Part shown: positions 51,957 to 62,340 of the stretch, one piece after another
How the letters are laid out: each line of letters opens with the position of its first letter
How positions within the stretch are numbered: the stretch's first letter is position 1
DNA from: Nitrosopumilus sp.
GTDB taxonomy: Archaea; Thermoproteota; Nitrososphaeria; Nitrososphaerales; Nitrosopumilaceae
Length of the DNA: 64,000 bases
Assembly (NCBI GenBank): GCA_965204345.1
Contig: OZ241981.1
Location: 992,001-1,056,000 of the forward strand
Direction: 5' to 3'
Translations under genes and position numbers: made by a program
Notes under the pieces: generated by a model
Database searches by the model: none
What the model was told of the DNA's origin: nothing
The model's input: only the letters and a program-made list of their open reading frames with translations

Positions 51957-52440
51957 TCAAACAAAGACAAATGAAAACTAGGTTGTTGAGAATTATTGTA
52001 CAGAGATTTCTTTGATCATATTTTTGGTTAATCTGAGTTCCTCACTGAGAAGTTTTTTTCTAGCATTTAGTGCTTTTGCGTTTGGTTGTGCTTTGATTGA
52101 TAATGAGATGTCTTTTTGCAATCTGTTCACTCCGATAACTTACAGACTTTTGCATTACTTTGATCAGTGGGTTTTTCAGGTCAATTTTGCAAGTGGGAGA
52201 TTTTCCAACTTTACCTGATTGTATAATCATGCCATTATCCAACAATTTTGATATTTCCCTAAATGCAGTTGGACGGCTCATACTTACTCCTTCTACTATC
52301 TCTCCGACTGTAAACTCGTTTTTTGGGAAAACCATAAAGTATTCTAGTACCCTCATGCGTGGAGAGTTCCCATAAAGTGCAATAATTCCGGATTCTGCTT
52401 CTTTCATAACTAATAATTATGAATAATCTACTTAAAGACT
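51957..52440 (-). pseudogene. duplicate of the 47238-47740 wHTH locus with a frameshifting deletion (ORF 52060-52407)
   Basis: Near-identical sequence including flanks; C-terminus altered by deletions. Confidence 0.8.
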
Positions 52441-52486
52441 TGGCTTGTCTTTCATGAATTACATAAACCAGATACAAAATATCTAT

Positions 52487-53254
52487 TTATGCTATTAAAC
52501 CAATATAGGGTCTTACAAGATCCCAAAATTCGAATGGTCTTATCAAAGTTATGCCCGTAAAATTCTTGACTTGGTTCTTGTTCTTCATTAGTTTTTCATC
52601 CATAGTCATAAAATAATTACATTGAAACCTTATTGCATCAAATATCAATTTCTTATCATCATTACTTAGAAATCCAATTTTTGAATTAAATTGTTCTAGT
52701 ATTTGCTGGTTTTTATCATGGAATGTTGCGAGAGTACCATCATATTCGTTTATCATATCACAATAATCTTTCAAGTCATAGACATATTGCTCATAACGAA
52801 CGTTATCTTTTTCTGTTACCTCTTTGATTACATTTGGAGAAATTACCAGTCGAAAATTGCTTCGCGAAAATCCGAATAAATTCCTTAGCGATTCAACATT
52901 TTGTGTTCCATCCTTATTTCTAGATAGTGTATCACATAGAAGAACATCCTGATTATCAAATATCTCTTCACCATATCGTACCAAGCAATGAACTATGTTT
53001 GTATCTAGAAAAACCCTCTGGGAAATTCTTTCATAGTCTGATAATGATGAATTTGACAATATTCTACTTTGGAATAATGCTATATAAAAAAAATTATTTA
53101 AATGCAATTTTGTTTGTTTTGAAGATATTTCAGATGATTTTATGAATTTTGTAAAAGGTAACATCAAAGATCTTGATGTAGAATTCACAGAAATATTGTA
53201 TATGGAAAAGAAGAAAAGAAATTTCAAATTCAAAGTAAAGTACAACCAATCCAC
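52487..53254 (-). CDS. PIN-domain protein (true start probably downstream of the ORF start)
   Basis: VFLDTNIV, ISPNVIKEV, DDKKLIFDAI, FMTMDEKL. Confidence 0.7.
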   Translation of the reverse strand: MDWLYFTLNLKFLFFFSIYNISVNSTSRSLMLPFTKFIKSSEISSKQTKLHLNNFFYIALFQSRILSNSSLSDYERISQRVFLDTNIVHCLVRYGEEIFDNQDVLLCDTLSRNKDGTQNVESLRNLFGFSRSNFRLVISPNVIKEVTEKDNVRYEQYVYDLKDYCDMINEYDGTLATFHDKNQQILEQFNSKIGFLSNDDKKLIFDAIRFQCNYFMTMDEKLMKNKNQVKNFTGITLIRPFEFWDLVRPYIGLIA

Positions 53255-53266
53255 TGAATGTGCTAT

Positions 53267-53748
53267 TCTCTTGTACGAAAATTATGTCCGCCTAAGCTCA
53301 GGCTTCAGGTAAGGGATTATTACCGCATATACCGATCATGAATAATGAAGAGGACTAGACTAAAGGAGGACCAGATCAGATACATCATACGGCAACGTCA
53401 GAAGGGCACAGGTGCAGCAATTCTGGCCTGGACCATGCAGATCAGCGCAAGACACGTCAGATACATATGGGCAGCTTACCACAAGACCAGAACAATACGC
53501 CCCCACAGAAGATCAGGAAGATCCAGAAATACAATATTGTGGTTGAATATCTTTACTATTGCATCCTCCCACGCCCACAGAAGATCAGGAAGATCCAGAA
53601 ATACAATATTGCCTGAGGATGTATGTCGTGTTCTTAAGACACCTGATGGCTCTGGGCCAAAAAGGTTCCTGATGCGATCAGGAAAAGCAATCAAAAATGG
53701 ATGGAGGCGGACATAAATGACTAGCGGATATGATTTTCATATAATACA
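53267..53748 (+). mobile_element. internally deleted IS481 derivative (482 bp, non-autonomous)
   Basis: Both ends match 8903-9948; the DDE core is missing; internal ~35-bp duplication. Confidence 0.88.
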
Positions 53749-53889
53749 ACAGTGTCGATAAATGAAAGGCTATAATAAAGAACGTAAGTAAATTGTACTG
53801 TACTGTACTGTAATGTTATTTACTCCGTACCGTACTATAGCTCAGGCGAGAAGGAAATTATTATATTATCATTTTGTAAGTTATAAATT

Positions 53890-53994
53890 ATGAATAAAAC
53901 ATCCCCAAAAGATTGGACAGATGACCAAATTAAAAAAGCATCAGAGATTAAAAAGAAATTCCAAGAAGGAAAAGTCAAAGTATTAGCAAAATAA
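53890..53994 (+). CDS. 34-aa hypothetical peptide
   Basis: MNKTSPKDWTDDQIKKASEIKKKFQEGKVKVLAK*, 13 nt before the next ORF. Confidence 0.4.
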   Translation: MNKTSPKDWTDDQIKKASEIKKKFQEGKVKVLAK

Positions 53995-54007
53995 TTGTAC
54001 TAAGGAT

Positions 54008-54238
54008 ATGCCTGACGACTACGATATATTTGATACATGTATTATTGATGATCCTTCTAAAGATATTAAAGTAATTATCAAAAAATATGTTGAAAATGAA
54101 TTTAATTATGCTGATCCCAATATTTGCAAAAATGAGCATGAAATTGGTAAAAATTACATCCCTGAGGAGAACATAACTTTATTTTGGATTAATTTGGACA
54201 AAAGATATTTCTTTGATGTTCAAAAAGGTAATCAATAA
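54008..54238 (+). CDS. hypothetical protein
   Basis: 76-aa ATG ORF. Confidence 0.4.
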   Translation: MPDDYDIFDTCIIDDPSKDIKVIIKKYVENEFNYADPNICKNEHEIGKNYIPEENITLFWINLDKRYFFDVQKGNQ

Positions 54239-54347
54239 TTCACGACTATAACCCGACTGAAAACACTAAGAATTTTGTTCCCATAAACTACATAGAATCG
54301 TTTGAATTATGAGCAAGGTTTTTAGTGATTTTAGAGATAACATTTTT

Positions 54348-54923
54348 GTGAATAGCAGGATTGTGATTCTGGTTTTGGTTGGAATTGCAGTAGCAACATC
54401 AGTAGCAATAGCAGCAACAACAAGCACAACCACTAAAGAGCCTCCAGCAGAGAATCCAGATGACAAGTCAGTGCCAGAACAGCCCGTACCGCCAGATATC
54501 CAAAAAAAGCTAGACGATGTGACAAAAACAAAGTTGGAAAACAAGTATTCCCCAAAACAGAGGGACTGGCCCACATCCGGACCGTTTCAGATTGACAGAA
54601 GTGAGTATATTCTAGGTGAGAAAATTTTTCTCATAATCGGCCAGTTAGACCCTAATGAAAAGGGAGAAGTTGTGTTTCTTAGGCCATCAAACAGCACACA
54701 CTATGCAGTTTATTGGAAGATCCCTTTTGATGGTGCAGATAATGCAGTATTCAACAATTATTTACAGCCACAACTCTCAAAATCCCAAGGGTACTGTACA
54801 GCAGATGCCTTCATCGGGGATTGGAGGGTTGTGTTTTCACAAACAAACTATGCCAATCTAGAATTCAAAATTACCGGAGACATTCTTCCCGGAGATGAGG
54901 AAAACTATGAGCCAGTCTGCTAG
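54348..54923 (+). CDS. conserved membrane-anchored hypothetical protein
   Basis: N-terminal TM; SGPFQIDRSEYILGEKIF; start inferred. Confidence 0.75.
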   Translation: MNSRIVILVLVGIAVATSVAIAATTSTTTKEPPAENPDDKSVPEQPVPPDIQKKLDDVTKTKLENKYSPKQRDWPTSGPFQIDRSEYILGEKIFLIIGQLDPNEKGEVVFLRPSNSTHYAVYWKIPFDGADNAVFNNYLQPQLSKSQGYCTADAFIGDWRVVFSQTNYANLEFKITGDILPGDEENYEPVC

Positions 54924-55250
54924 TTATCTCAAAGAGTTGTGAAAGCAGACTTTATTGCCCAGATGGCAGGCAGGACCGGAGGGTTCAACAAGGTAGATAA
55001 CTGCATCTGAATCACAGTCAACTAGGATTTCCCTGATTTTTTGAGTGTTGCCAGACTCTTCACCCTTCATCCAGAGTTTGTTTCTAGAGCGACTCCAAAA
55101 CCAAGAGTTTCCAGTCTTTTTTGCAAGTTCCAGTGATTCCTTGTTTGTGTAGGCTAGGGTCAGAACGTCTTTTGTGTTTGCATCCTGAACAATCACAGGT
55201 ACAAGGCCCCCACTCTTTTCAAAGTCTATATCGCCAACTGATTTGTCCAC
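54924..55250 (-). CDS. hisI: phosphoribosyl-AMP cyclohydrolase
   Basis: WSRSR..LWMKGEESG, DCDSD, ACHLG..CF. Confidence 0.95.
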   Translation of the reverse strand: MDKSVGDIDFEKSGGLVPVIVQDANTKDVLTLAYTNKESLELAKKTGNSWFWSRSRNKLWMKGEESGNTQKIREILVDCDSDAVIYLVEPSGPACHLGNKVCFHNSLR

Positions 55251-55273
55251 AAGAAAAATCTGTAAAATAGCTA

Positions 55274-56077
55274 TTATAACCTTACAGGGATTTGTCGGTT
55301 TTTCAGATATGACTTTACGCTGTTTACCCCGTGGGTTTCATAGTGAAAGATTGAGGCGGCAAGTGCGGCATCAACGTCTGATTCTGTAAAAACGTCAACC
55401 ATGTCATCAGGCCTCCCACAGCCTCCTGAGGCAATAACAGGTATGGAGAGTGACTCAACAACCTTTTGTGTCAGCAAGATATCATACCCGTCTTTTGTTC
55501 CATCATTGTCAATGCTGGTAAGAAGAATTTCCCCGGCTCCCAGTCTTTCGGCATTCTGAACCCAGTCAATCACGTCAATTCCGGTACCCTCTTTGCCGCC
55601 ATAAATGAAGACCTCAAACCAGAATTGCCTGTTGTTTTCAGCAAAGACATTTTTTTTCTCTGCAATGTCGTAATTGCGTTTTGCATCTACTGCCACCACA
55701 ACGCATTGGCGTCCAAACAACTCCATTAGTTCCGTGATAACCCCGGGATTTTTTATCGCACCGGTATTAATTCCGACCTTGTCTGCGCCGTTTAGCAAGA
55801 TGTTTCTTGCATCATCCAAAGAGTTTACCCCGCCGCCTACCGTAAACGGTATGTCAATTACAGAGGCCACCCTTCTAACCAAATCCTGAATCGTCTTTCG
55901 CCGCTCATCAGATGCAGTAATATCAAGAAAAACCAGCTCGTCTGCACCCTCGTTGCTGTACCTTTCTGCCAGTTCCACGGGATCCCCTGCATCCCTGATG
56001 GACTCAAAGTGCAGTCCCTTAACCACCCTGCCGTTTTTTACATCCAAGCATGGAATGATTCGCTTAGTCAGAGTCAT
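55274..56077 (-). CDS. hisF: imidazole glycerol phosphate synthase, cyclase subunit
   Basis: KRIIPCLDV, DELVFLDITAS, GAGEILLTSID. Confidence 0.96.
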   Translation of the reverse strand: MTLTKRIIPCLDVKNGRVVKGLHFESIRDAGDPVELAERYSNEGADELVFLDITASDERRKTIQDLVRRVASVIDIPFTVGGGVNSLDDARNILLNGADKVGINTGAIKNPGVITELMELFGRQCVVVAVDAKRNYDIAEKKNVFAENNRQFWFEVFIYGGKEGTGIDVIDWVQNAERLGAGEILLTSIDNDGTKDGYDILLTQKVVESLSIPVIASGGCGRPDDMVDVFTESDVDAALAASIFHYETHGVNSVKSYLKNRQIPVRL

Positions 56078-56781
56078 GATAACCCTTTTGCGCCTTTTAT
56101 TGAAATTCTGTTCTCATAGAGTGCCTTTCCAAGTATTACGCCAAACGCGTTTTTTTCCTTTACAGACTTGACATCATTACTATTAGAGATCCCCCCGCTT
56201 GCAATTACATTGGCATTTGGCAGTGCACATGCCTGCCCCAGAAATTCCAAGTCAGGTCCCTCAAGTGTTCCATCACGGCCAACATCAGTTAGTAAAAATT
56301 CAGTAAATCCCATATCAAGGAATTCCCTGATTGCAGGTATTAACTTAATTCCGGTGCCGGCCTGCCAGCCATGTATTACAATCTCATTATCCTTATGATC
56401 AACTGATATTACAATTTTTTGCGGCCCAAGTTCTGACAAGAGTGCCTGCAGGAGGGGCCTGTCCTTAAATGCCAGGGTCCCAAGTACAATCCGCTCTGAA
56501 AGACGGGCCATCTCAAGGGCAAGTGATCTGCTTCGTAGTCCTCCTGCCACCTGCACAGGTATGGATATGACTCTGAGAATTTTTTTAATCATGTCTAGGT
56601 TAGAGCCTATGCCAAGAGTCGCATCCAAGTCCACCAGGTGAAGAATGTCAGCCCCTGCTGATTCCCACCGTTTTGCCATCTCTACAGGATTGTCACTGTA
56701 CACTGTCTTTTGGGCGGGATCGCCCTTGTACAGTCTGACTACTTGGCCACCCATTAAATCAATAGCAGGTATGACTTTCAT
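56074..56781 (-). CDS. hisA: ProFAR isomerase
   Basis: IPAIDL, HLVDLD, TDVGRDGTLEGPD. Confidence 0.95.
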   Translation of the reverse strand: MKVIPAIDLMGGQVVRLYKGDPAQKTVYSDNPVEMAKRWESAGADILHLVDLDATLGIGSNLDMIKKILRVISIPVQVAGGLRSRSLALEMARLSERIVLGTLAFKDRPLLQALLSELGPQKIVISVDHKDNEIVIHGWQAGTGIKLIPAIREFLDMGFTEFLLTDVGRDGTLEGPDLEFLGQACALPNANVIASGGISNSNDVKSVKEKNAFGVILGKALYENRISIKGAKGLS

Positions 56782-57383
56782 TTCTTACACTCTTTTAGGA
56801 AATTATTTAGCATTATCTTCCCTGCCGCACTTGACTTTTCAGGATGAAACTGCGTGCCAAAAAAATTCCCATGCTCAACAACTGCCGGAACTTTGATTCC
56901 GTAATCAGATTCGGCAGTAATCACATCAGGGGAGTCAGGCTTGACTCTGTATGAGTGGACAAAATAGGCCCAAGAGCCATCTTTTACTCCCTCAAGGATT
57001 TTGCCGGGTTTTTTGATTTCAAGGCTGTTCCATCCCATGTGGGGCACTTTCATAGAGGCAGGCAGCACTATGACTTGGCCGTCAATTACATTGAGGCCCT
57101 CCTGTACACCTTCCTCACTCTTTGCAAAAAACATCTCCATCCCAAGACAGATTCCAAGAACGGGCATGTCTCCCACGTAATCTTGGAACTGTGTTTTGGA
57201 AAAATTCCTGATGCTGTTCATGGCAGGATCAAAGTTTCCCACGCCCGGAAGCAACAGGCCAGAGTATACGTTTGCACTATCAAAATTAGTTATCACATCA
57301 ACTGTGGCACCAACTTTTTGAAGGGAATTTTTCAGGCTAAAGATATTTCCGGCACCATAGTCAAAAATTGCAACGCTGACCAT
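56778..57383 (-). CDS. hisH: imidazole glycerol phosphate synthase, glutaminase subunit
   Basis: PGVG, GICLGM, PHMGWN, QFHPEKS. Confidence 0.96.
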   Translation of the reverse strand: MVSVAIFDYGAGNIFSLKNSLQKVGATVDVITNFDSANVYSGLLLPGVGNFDPAMNSIRNFSKTQFQDYVGDMPVLGICLGMEMFFAKSEEGVQEGLNVIDGQVIVLPASMKVPHMGWNSLEIKKPGKILEGVKDGSWAYFVHSYRVKPDSPDVITAESDYGIKVPAVVEHGNFFGTQFHPEKSSAAGKIMLNNFLKECKK

Positions 57384-57973
57384 TACATCGAGCCCTTTGT
57401 GCTTGGAATCCCCTTTTGTTTTTTGTCTATGGCAGATGCATGTCTTAGTGCGACTGCAAGTGATTTTATTGCAGCTTCGACCTTGTGGTGATCATTGTCC
57501 CCATACTTTACGGTAAGGTGGATGCAGCTGTTGAGATTCTGCAGCAGCGACTGGAAAAAATGCTCGAGATCCTCTTTTGATACGCCCTCAATCTTGTTAC
57601 GCTTGACATGCAGGCTCAGCTTTGAGAATGGCCGCTTTACCAGATCAATGGAGGCCTCAGCAAGGGATTCGTCCATCGGGACAGAGGCATAACTGAATCT
57701 TGCAATTCCACCCCTAGAGCCCAGTGCCTTGTCAATGGTTTGGCCCAGTGCAATTGCAGTGTCCTCAATTAGATGGTGCTCAATGCCGTCATTTGACTTT
57801 GCCTCGACCCTGAGATCCATCATGGCATGCTTGCCAAAAGACACAATCAGGTGATCCAGGAAGTTTATTCCGGTCTTAATTGATGTCTTTCCAGTTCCGT
57901 CCAGGTTTGCAGACACGCAAATGCTGGTTTCCTTGGTGTCCCGTTTAGTTGATGCCTTTCTTGGTGTTGCCAT
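57383..57973 (-). CDS. hisB: imidazoleglycerol-phosphate dehydratase
   Basis: [23 protein letters not shown]. Confidence 0.96.
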   Translation of the reverse strand: MATPRKASTKRDTKETSICVSANLDGTGKTSIKTGINFLDHLIVSFGKHAMMDLRVEAKSNDGIEHHLIEDTAIALGQTIDKALGSRGGIARFSYASVPMDESLAEASIDLVKRPFSKLSLHVKRNKIEGVSKEDLEHFFQSLLQNLNSCIHLTVKYGDNDHHKVEAAIKSLAVALRHASAIDKKQKGIPSTKGSM

Positions 57974-58000
57974 GTTATCACAGATATGATGTATTATGCA

Positions 58001-58987
58001 TCACTCTAAATTTAATACCTTTGGCAGCAGGTGGATTGAATCCAATGCCAGGATGGCACCGTTTTGCTCAAATAGCTGTAATTTTTCTTGTGGATTTGTG
58101 CTAGTACCCACAATGCCACAAAAGACAGTCTTGTGACCCAATTCAGTGGCCTTTTTTGCCATGATAAAGTCCTCCATAGAATCACCAACATACAAAGTGA
58201 ACTTGCCATCCATTCCACAGATTGAATCCACAAGAGGCTGTGGGTTGGGCTTTGCAAGCTCGCGCGGTTCATCCTCAAGAAACACAGAGTTGCCAAGATT
58301 GAACTTGTTGAGCAGGGATTTTAGGGAATATCTGACTGATTCCTGGCCTCTGCCTGTAACCATGGATATCCTTGAGGGAAATTTTTTTAATAGCCGATCA
58401 AGTAATGCGTCATTTAGAATTACGTCGTCCTGCTCGATTAGGCCGGGTTTGGAAAAAACTAAAGGTTTTTTTTGAAATAATTTTTCATACAGTGCAGGGC
58501 CGTAAAAAATCTGATCAAAGATCTGATACAGTATACTTTGATGATGCGCTATTCCAGGATAAGACAGTTGTCTTTTGATCTCACTGATATCAACTAGACT
58601 CTCAACATATCTTTGTGCAGAAACAATGCCGTCAGAGTCAGAGTTCTCAATTACATCACAGATAAAGCTGGCCTGATCTTTTTCTAGTTTTGCTGCACCG
58701 ACAATAGAAATTATTGCAGCATATGTCAGATCAACCTCGTCATTAAAGCCGCCCGTAGACTTGAACCCGTCAATAATTTTAAAAAAATCAAAGTCAACTG
58801 CATCATCAATTTTTGCAAGGTTCTTTAAGACATATCGAGTCGTTTTGATAATTGTCAGATCATAGGATTTTGTAATATCAATTAGTACCCCATCGCAGTC
58901 AAAGACCACAGTATCTATCTGGTGCAGTGCCGCATCAATTTTGGAGGAGTTCACATAGATTCCGTCAGATTTTTTGCTCAGAGTCAT
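58001..58987 (-). CDS. HAD-family phosphatase in the his operon
   Basis: FDCDGVL, VTGR, KPNP, YVGDSMED. Confidence 0.85.
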   Translation of the reverse strand: MTLSKKSDGIYVNSSKIDAALHQIDTVVFDCDGVLIDITKSYDLTIIKTTRYVLKNLAKIDDAVDFDFFKIIDGFKSTGGFNDEVDLTYAAIISIVGAAKLEKDQASFICDVIENSDSDGIVSAQRYVESLVDISEIKRQLSYPGIAHHQSILYQIFDQIFYGPALYEKLFQKKPLVFSKPGLIEQDDVILNDALLDRLLKKFPSRISMVTGRGQESVRYSLKSLLNKFNLGNSVFLEDEPRELAKPNPQPLVDSICGMDGKFTLYVGDSMEDFIMAKKATELGHKTVFCGIVGTSTNPQEKLQLFEQNGAILALDSIHLLPKVLNLE

Positions 58988-60054
58988 CCCAACAAGTCAC
59001 GAATTGCCAATAAGAATTTTGAGTTCATCTCTTTTGTTCCAACAGTTACTCTAAGACAGCCATTGTGATTGCCGATTTTGCCCAGCTTGCGAATCGAGAT
59101 TCCCTGTTCTACAAGTGCCGAATAGACGCGCTTGTAGGCACCGTGGGCATCAAAAAGGACAAAGTTGGCCTCAGAGTCAAACACCTCAAAGGCATCATAT
59201 CTTTGCAAGGTTTCAATGATTCTGGTCCTTTCAGTTCTGACATTACTGATGGCCTCCCTTACGATATGAGATTTCTCCAAGGATTCAATTCCGGATTCAA
59301 TTGTAATAGTGCCAAGGGGATACGGATACTGCAAGACATTCATGAAGGCCTCGGTGAATTTTTTATTGGCAACAAAGTAACCCAGTCTCAGTCCTGCCAG
59401 GCCAAATGACTTTGAGAGCGTATGTACAACAACCAGGTTGTTTTGGGTCTTGGCCATGCTTGAAAGGGAATACCTGCCAAATTCCCCGTATGCCTCATCA
59501 ATTATTACAAGGCCGGCAAAGGATCTCACAAGCTTTTGTAGCTCGCTTTTTGGGAATTGAAATCCCGTAGGATTGTTGGGAGAATCAAGATAAAGGATGC
59601 TGGCCTTTCTGGATTGTCTTATGAAATCCTCAATATCCAACTTCATATCATCAGAAAAGGGGATTGCAAGTAACGGAATGCCATATAGCTTGCAGCGTTC
59701 CTCAAAAAATCCAAACGTAGGATTGGAGGTCAAGACCTTGGTCTTTTTGGATGCAAAGTTAGAAAGAATCAGATCCAAAATTTGATCCGAACCGTTGCCT
59801 ACGCCAATCATTGAGGCAGGCATCTTGGCAAGCTTTGATATGGCAAGTACCAGTCTCTCAACGCCGCCAAGGGGGTACTCTCGTATGTCAGAATTTTTTC
59901 TTGCAGATGAGATTACATCGTTTTGAAATTGTTTTGGCACAACGTAATTTTCATTTGAATCAAGCTTTACTGAATCCTGGATGAGATCAGGCTTTTGGTA
60001 TCCGCCTATGGAGTCAAGCCTCTTGATCCTATCCTCAAGCCAATTCTTTTTCAA
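58984..60054 (-). CDS. hisC: histidinol-phosphate aminotransferase
   Basis: GNGSD, PNNPTG, DEAY, TLSKSFGLAGLRLG. Confidence 0.95.
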   Translation of the reverse strand: MKKNWLEDRIKRLDSIGGYQKPDLIQDSVKLDSNENYVVPKQFQNDVISSARKNSDIREYPLGGVERLVLAISKLAKMPASMIGVGNGSDQILDLILSNFASKKTKVLTSNPTFGFFEERCKLYGIPLLAIPFSDDMKLDIEDFIRQSRKASILYLDSPNNPTGFQFPKSELQKLVRSFAGLVIIDEAYGEFGRYSLSSMAKTQNNLVVVHTLSKSFGLAGLRLGYFVANKKFTEAFMNVLQYPYPLGTITIESGIESLEKSHIVREAISNVRTERTRIIETLQRYDAFEVFDSEANFVLFDAHGAYKRVYSALVEQGISIRKLGKIGNHNGCLRVTVGTKEMNSKFLLAIRDLLG

Positions 60055-61325
60055 TCCAGTCTACCTCTTACTGCCTCATAGTGGTTGGGTAAGCCCTCGG
60101 CATCTGTTAGGGCTTTGAGATGTCTTGATATTTTTGATAGTGACTTTTTTGACGAGGTAACGCAGGTGTTTACCTTGACAAAGTCCAAAACGGAGAGCGG
60201 ACCTCGGATTCTTCCAAATCCGTTTGTGGGAAGAATGTGATTTGAGCCTAAAACATAGTCACTGGCAGATGAGGGCGTGTTATTTCCAATTAGGATCAGT
60301 CCAGGAGAGGTAATTTTTGCAGACATGGATTGCGCATTTTTGGTCATTACTTGCAGGTGTTCTGGTGCCAAGATATTTGCAAGTTTTATCATATCAGAAT
60401 TGGTTTTACAGATTCCAATAAATCCATTATTTTTGAGGCTGGAGGAGGCGATGTCTCTGCGTTGGACCGTAGAAATCAGTTCTGAGATTATACTCTCAAC
60501 TGATCGTGCAAGTTTTAACGAGGTGGTAAGCAGATAGCAAAAGGTATCACTGCTGTGTTCTGCCTGAGAGATTAGATCCAATGCGACAAACTTTGGATTT
60601 GCAGACGCATCTGCAATGATTCCCAACTCGGTGGGACCTGCAAGCATGTCAATTCCTGTCTGGTTGCTGACCAGGGATTTTGCAGCAGTAACAAACGCGT
60701 TACCTGGGCCGACTATCTTATCAACCCTCAAGATAGATTTTGTCCCATAAGCTAGTGCGGCAATGGATTGCACGCCGCCTGTCTTGTAGATTTCATTGGC
60801 GCCGCAGATATCGGCAGCAACAACTGTCAGGGGGTCAATCTTTCCATCAGGGTCTGGTGGGGATACAACAACTATCCTCTTGACACCTGCAATTTTAGCC
60901 GGGGTTACAGACATGACTACGGAGCTGGGATATCTTGCCAGCCCGCCGGGAATATAGCATCCCACGCTCTGAATGGGGGTAAAGGTCTTTGAAATTTTTA
61001 CTCCGTCATGGCTAATCGTCTTGCCCCCTAGAAGCGATTTAACAGCAGATTCCTCCGTCTTGGCAAGCCTGGCTTTTGCCAGTCTTAATGCAACAAGTTG
61101 AGTCTTTGAAACTTTAGAGTATGCACCTCTGATCTCGTTTTGGGATACGCGCAAAGACGAGATGACTGCCTTGCTGAACTTTTTCTCATACCTTTTAACG
61201 GCATCATCGCCATTTTTTTTGACGTTCCTTAGGATGGATTCAACTATCGCCTTGTTGTCTTGGGGCTGTCTTGGCGTGATTTTTTCTGCAAACTTTTCAA
61301 CATTGGATACTTTGATTATTCTCAT
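60051..61325 (-). CDS. hisD: histidinol dehydrogenase
   Basis: YIPGG, DKIVGPGN, DMLAGPTE, QAEH, APEH, NHILPT. Confidence 0.96.
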   Translation of the reverse strand: MRIIKVSNVEKFAEKITPRQPQDNKAIVESILRNVKKNGDDAVKRYEKKFSKAVISSLRVSQNEIRGAYSKVSKTQLVALRLAKARLAKTEESAVKSLLGGKTISHDGVKISKTFTPIQSVGCYIPGGLARYPSSVVMSVTPAKIAGVKRIVVVSPPDPDGKIDPLTVVAADICGANEIYKTGGVQSIAALAYGTKSILRVDKIVGPGNAFVTAAKSLVSNQTGIDMLAGPTELGIIADASANPKFVALDLISQAEHSSDTFCYLLTTSLKLARSVESIISELISTVQRRDIASSSLKNNGFIGICKTNSDMIKLANILAPEHLQVMTKNAQSMSAKITSPGLILIGNNTPSSASDYVLGSNHILPTNGFGRIRGPLSVLDFVKVNTCVTSSKKSLSKISRHLKALTDAEGLPNHYEAVRGRLD

Positions 61326-62302
61326 CAATTTTCTTCGTCACGCTTTATCTCCTCAAGTTCAAGTATTTGTCTTGGTTCATGAACCACAAGACCCTGAGCA
61401 ATCTTCCTTAGCTTGGGAATGAGTTTATGGAACTCTTCTTTTTTAATCACCGTGTTTACGCCAAACCACCCTTCCTCGCTTAGCGGGCTGATGGTGGGCT
61501 TTTTTAAAGACGGCATCTGTGTCAAGAGCTTTTTTAGGTTCTTCTCCTCCACATTCAGATAGATGTGCAGGAATTTTCTGCCATAGACTGCACCCCTCAT
61601 CAACGTAATGATATCAAATATTTTTTCCCTCTTTTTGGAATCCTTTAACGACTTTTTGTTTGCAATCAGGTGTGCAGTGGAGGTCAGCACTTGATCAACA
61701 ATCTTGAGTTTGTTTTGTTTAAGGGTGGTTCCAGTCTCAGTGACGTCCATAATTGCATCAACGTCTTCGGGGGGTTTTGCCTCAGTTGCGCCAAATGATA
61801 AGTGAATCTGGACGCTTTTGTTATCTCCCAATCTGACCCAGGGAGTGACAATTAGCGGATCTTGGGATCCATAATATTTTTTGTAAGACTGAGACTGCTT
61901 TAGAAATTTGGAAGCAGTGGTAAGATACTCTGATGAGATTCGAAGCGTCTTTTTCTTTTTGCCATAGTCTGCAATCATTTCATCAAGATTTTTGTAACGA
62001 TACTTGTCAGGAAAGGCAATCACTAGCTTGATTTTTCCATATTCCAAATCCAAGACAGGCTCAACATCAGAGTTTGTCTCCTTTACCCAGTCCTTGCCTG
62101 TAATTCCCACATCATACAGTCCCTCTGCAACCAGCGTGGGGATTTCTTGGGGGCGCAGCATCTTTACAATAATGCTGGGATCATCCAGATAAACCCGATA
62201 TGTTCTGCTTTTTCTGTTTACCCTAGTCCAAGACTTTTCTAGCAATTTGAAAGTGGCATCCTCAAGACTGCCCTTTGGAATAGCAAATTTTACTTCAGAC
62301 AT
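61325..62302 (-). CDS. hisG: ATP phosphoribosyltransferase (long form)
   Basis: AIPKGSL, RPQEIP, GATE, DVTETGTTL, PTISPL. Confidence 0.95.
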   Translation of the reverse strand: MSEVKFAIPKGSLEDATFKLLEKSWTRVNRKSRTYRVYLDDPSIIVKMLRPQEIPTLVAEGLYDVGITGKDWVKETNSDVEPVLDLEYGKIKLVIAFPDKYRYKNLDEMIADYGKKKKTLRISSEYLTTASKFLKQSQSYKKYYGSQDPLIVTPWVRLGDNKSVQIHLSFGATEAKPPEDVDAIMDVTETGTTLKQNKLKIVDQVLTSTAHLIANKKSLKDSKKREKIFDIITLMRGAVYGRKFLHIYLNVEEKNLKKLLTQMPSLKKPTISPLSEEGWFGVNTVIKKEEFHKLIPKLRKIAQGLVVHEPRQILELEEIKRDEEN

Positions 62303-62340
62303 TCTCAATTTTTTGACTTTTTAGGTATATAATCGCATGT

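Larger units (their letters stand above)
32100..54260. mobile_element. AT-rich defence/TA island between thrC and the his region
   Basis: Low GC; R-M, DUF262, AbiEi and PIN genes, transposons, duplications and pseudogenes. Confidence 0.8.
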
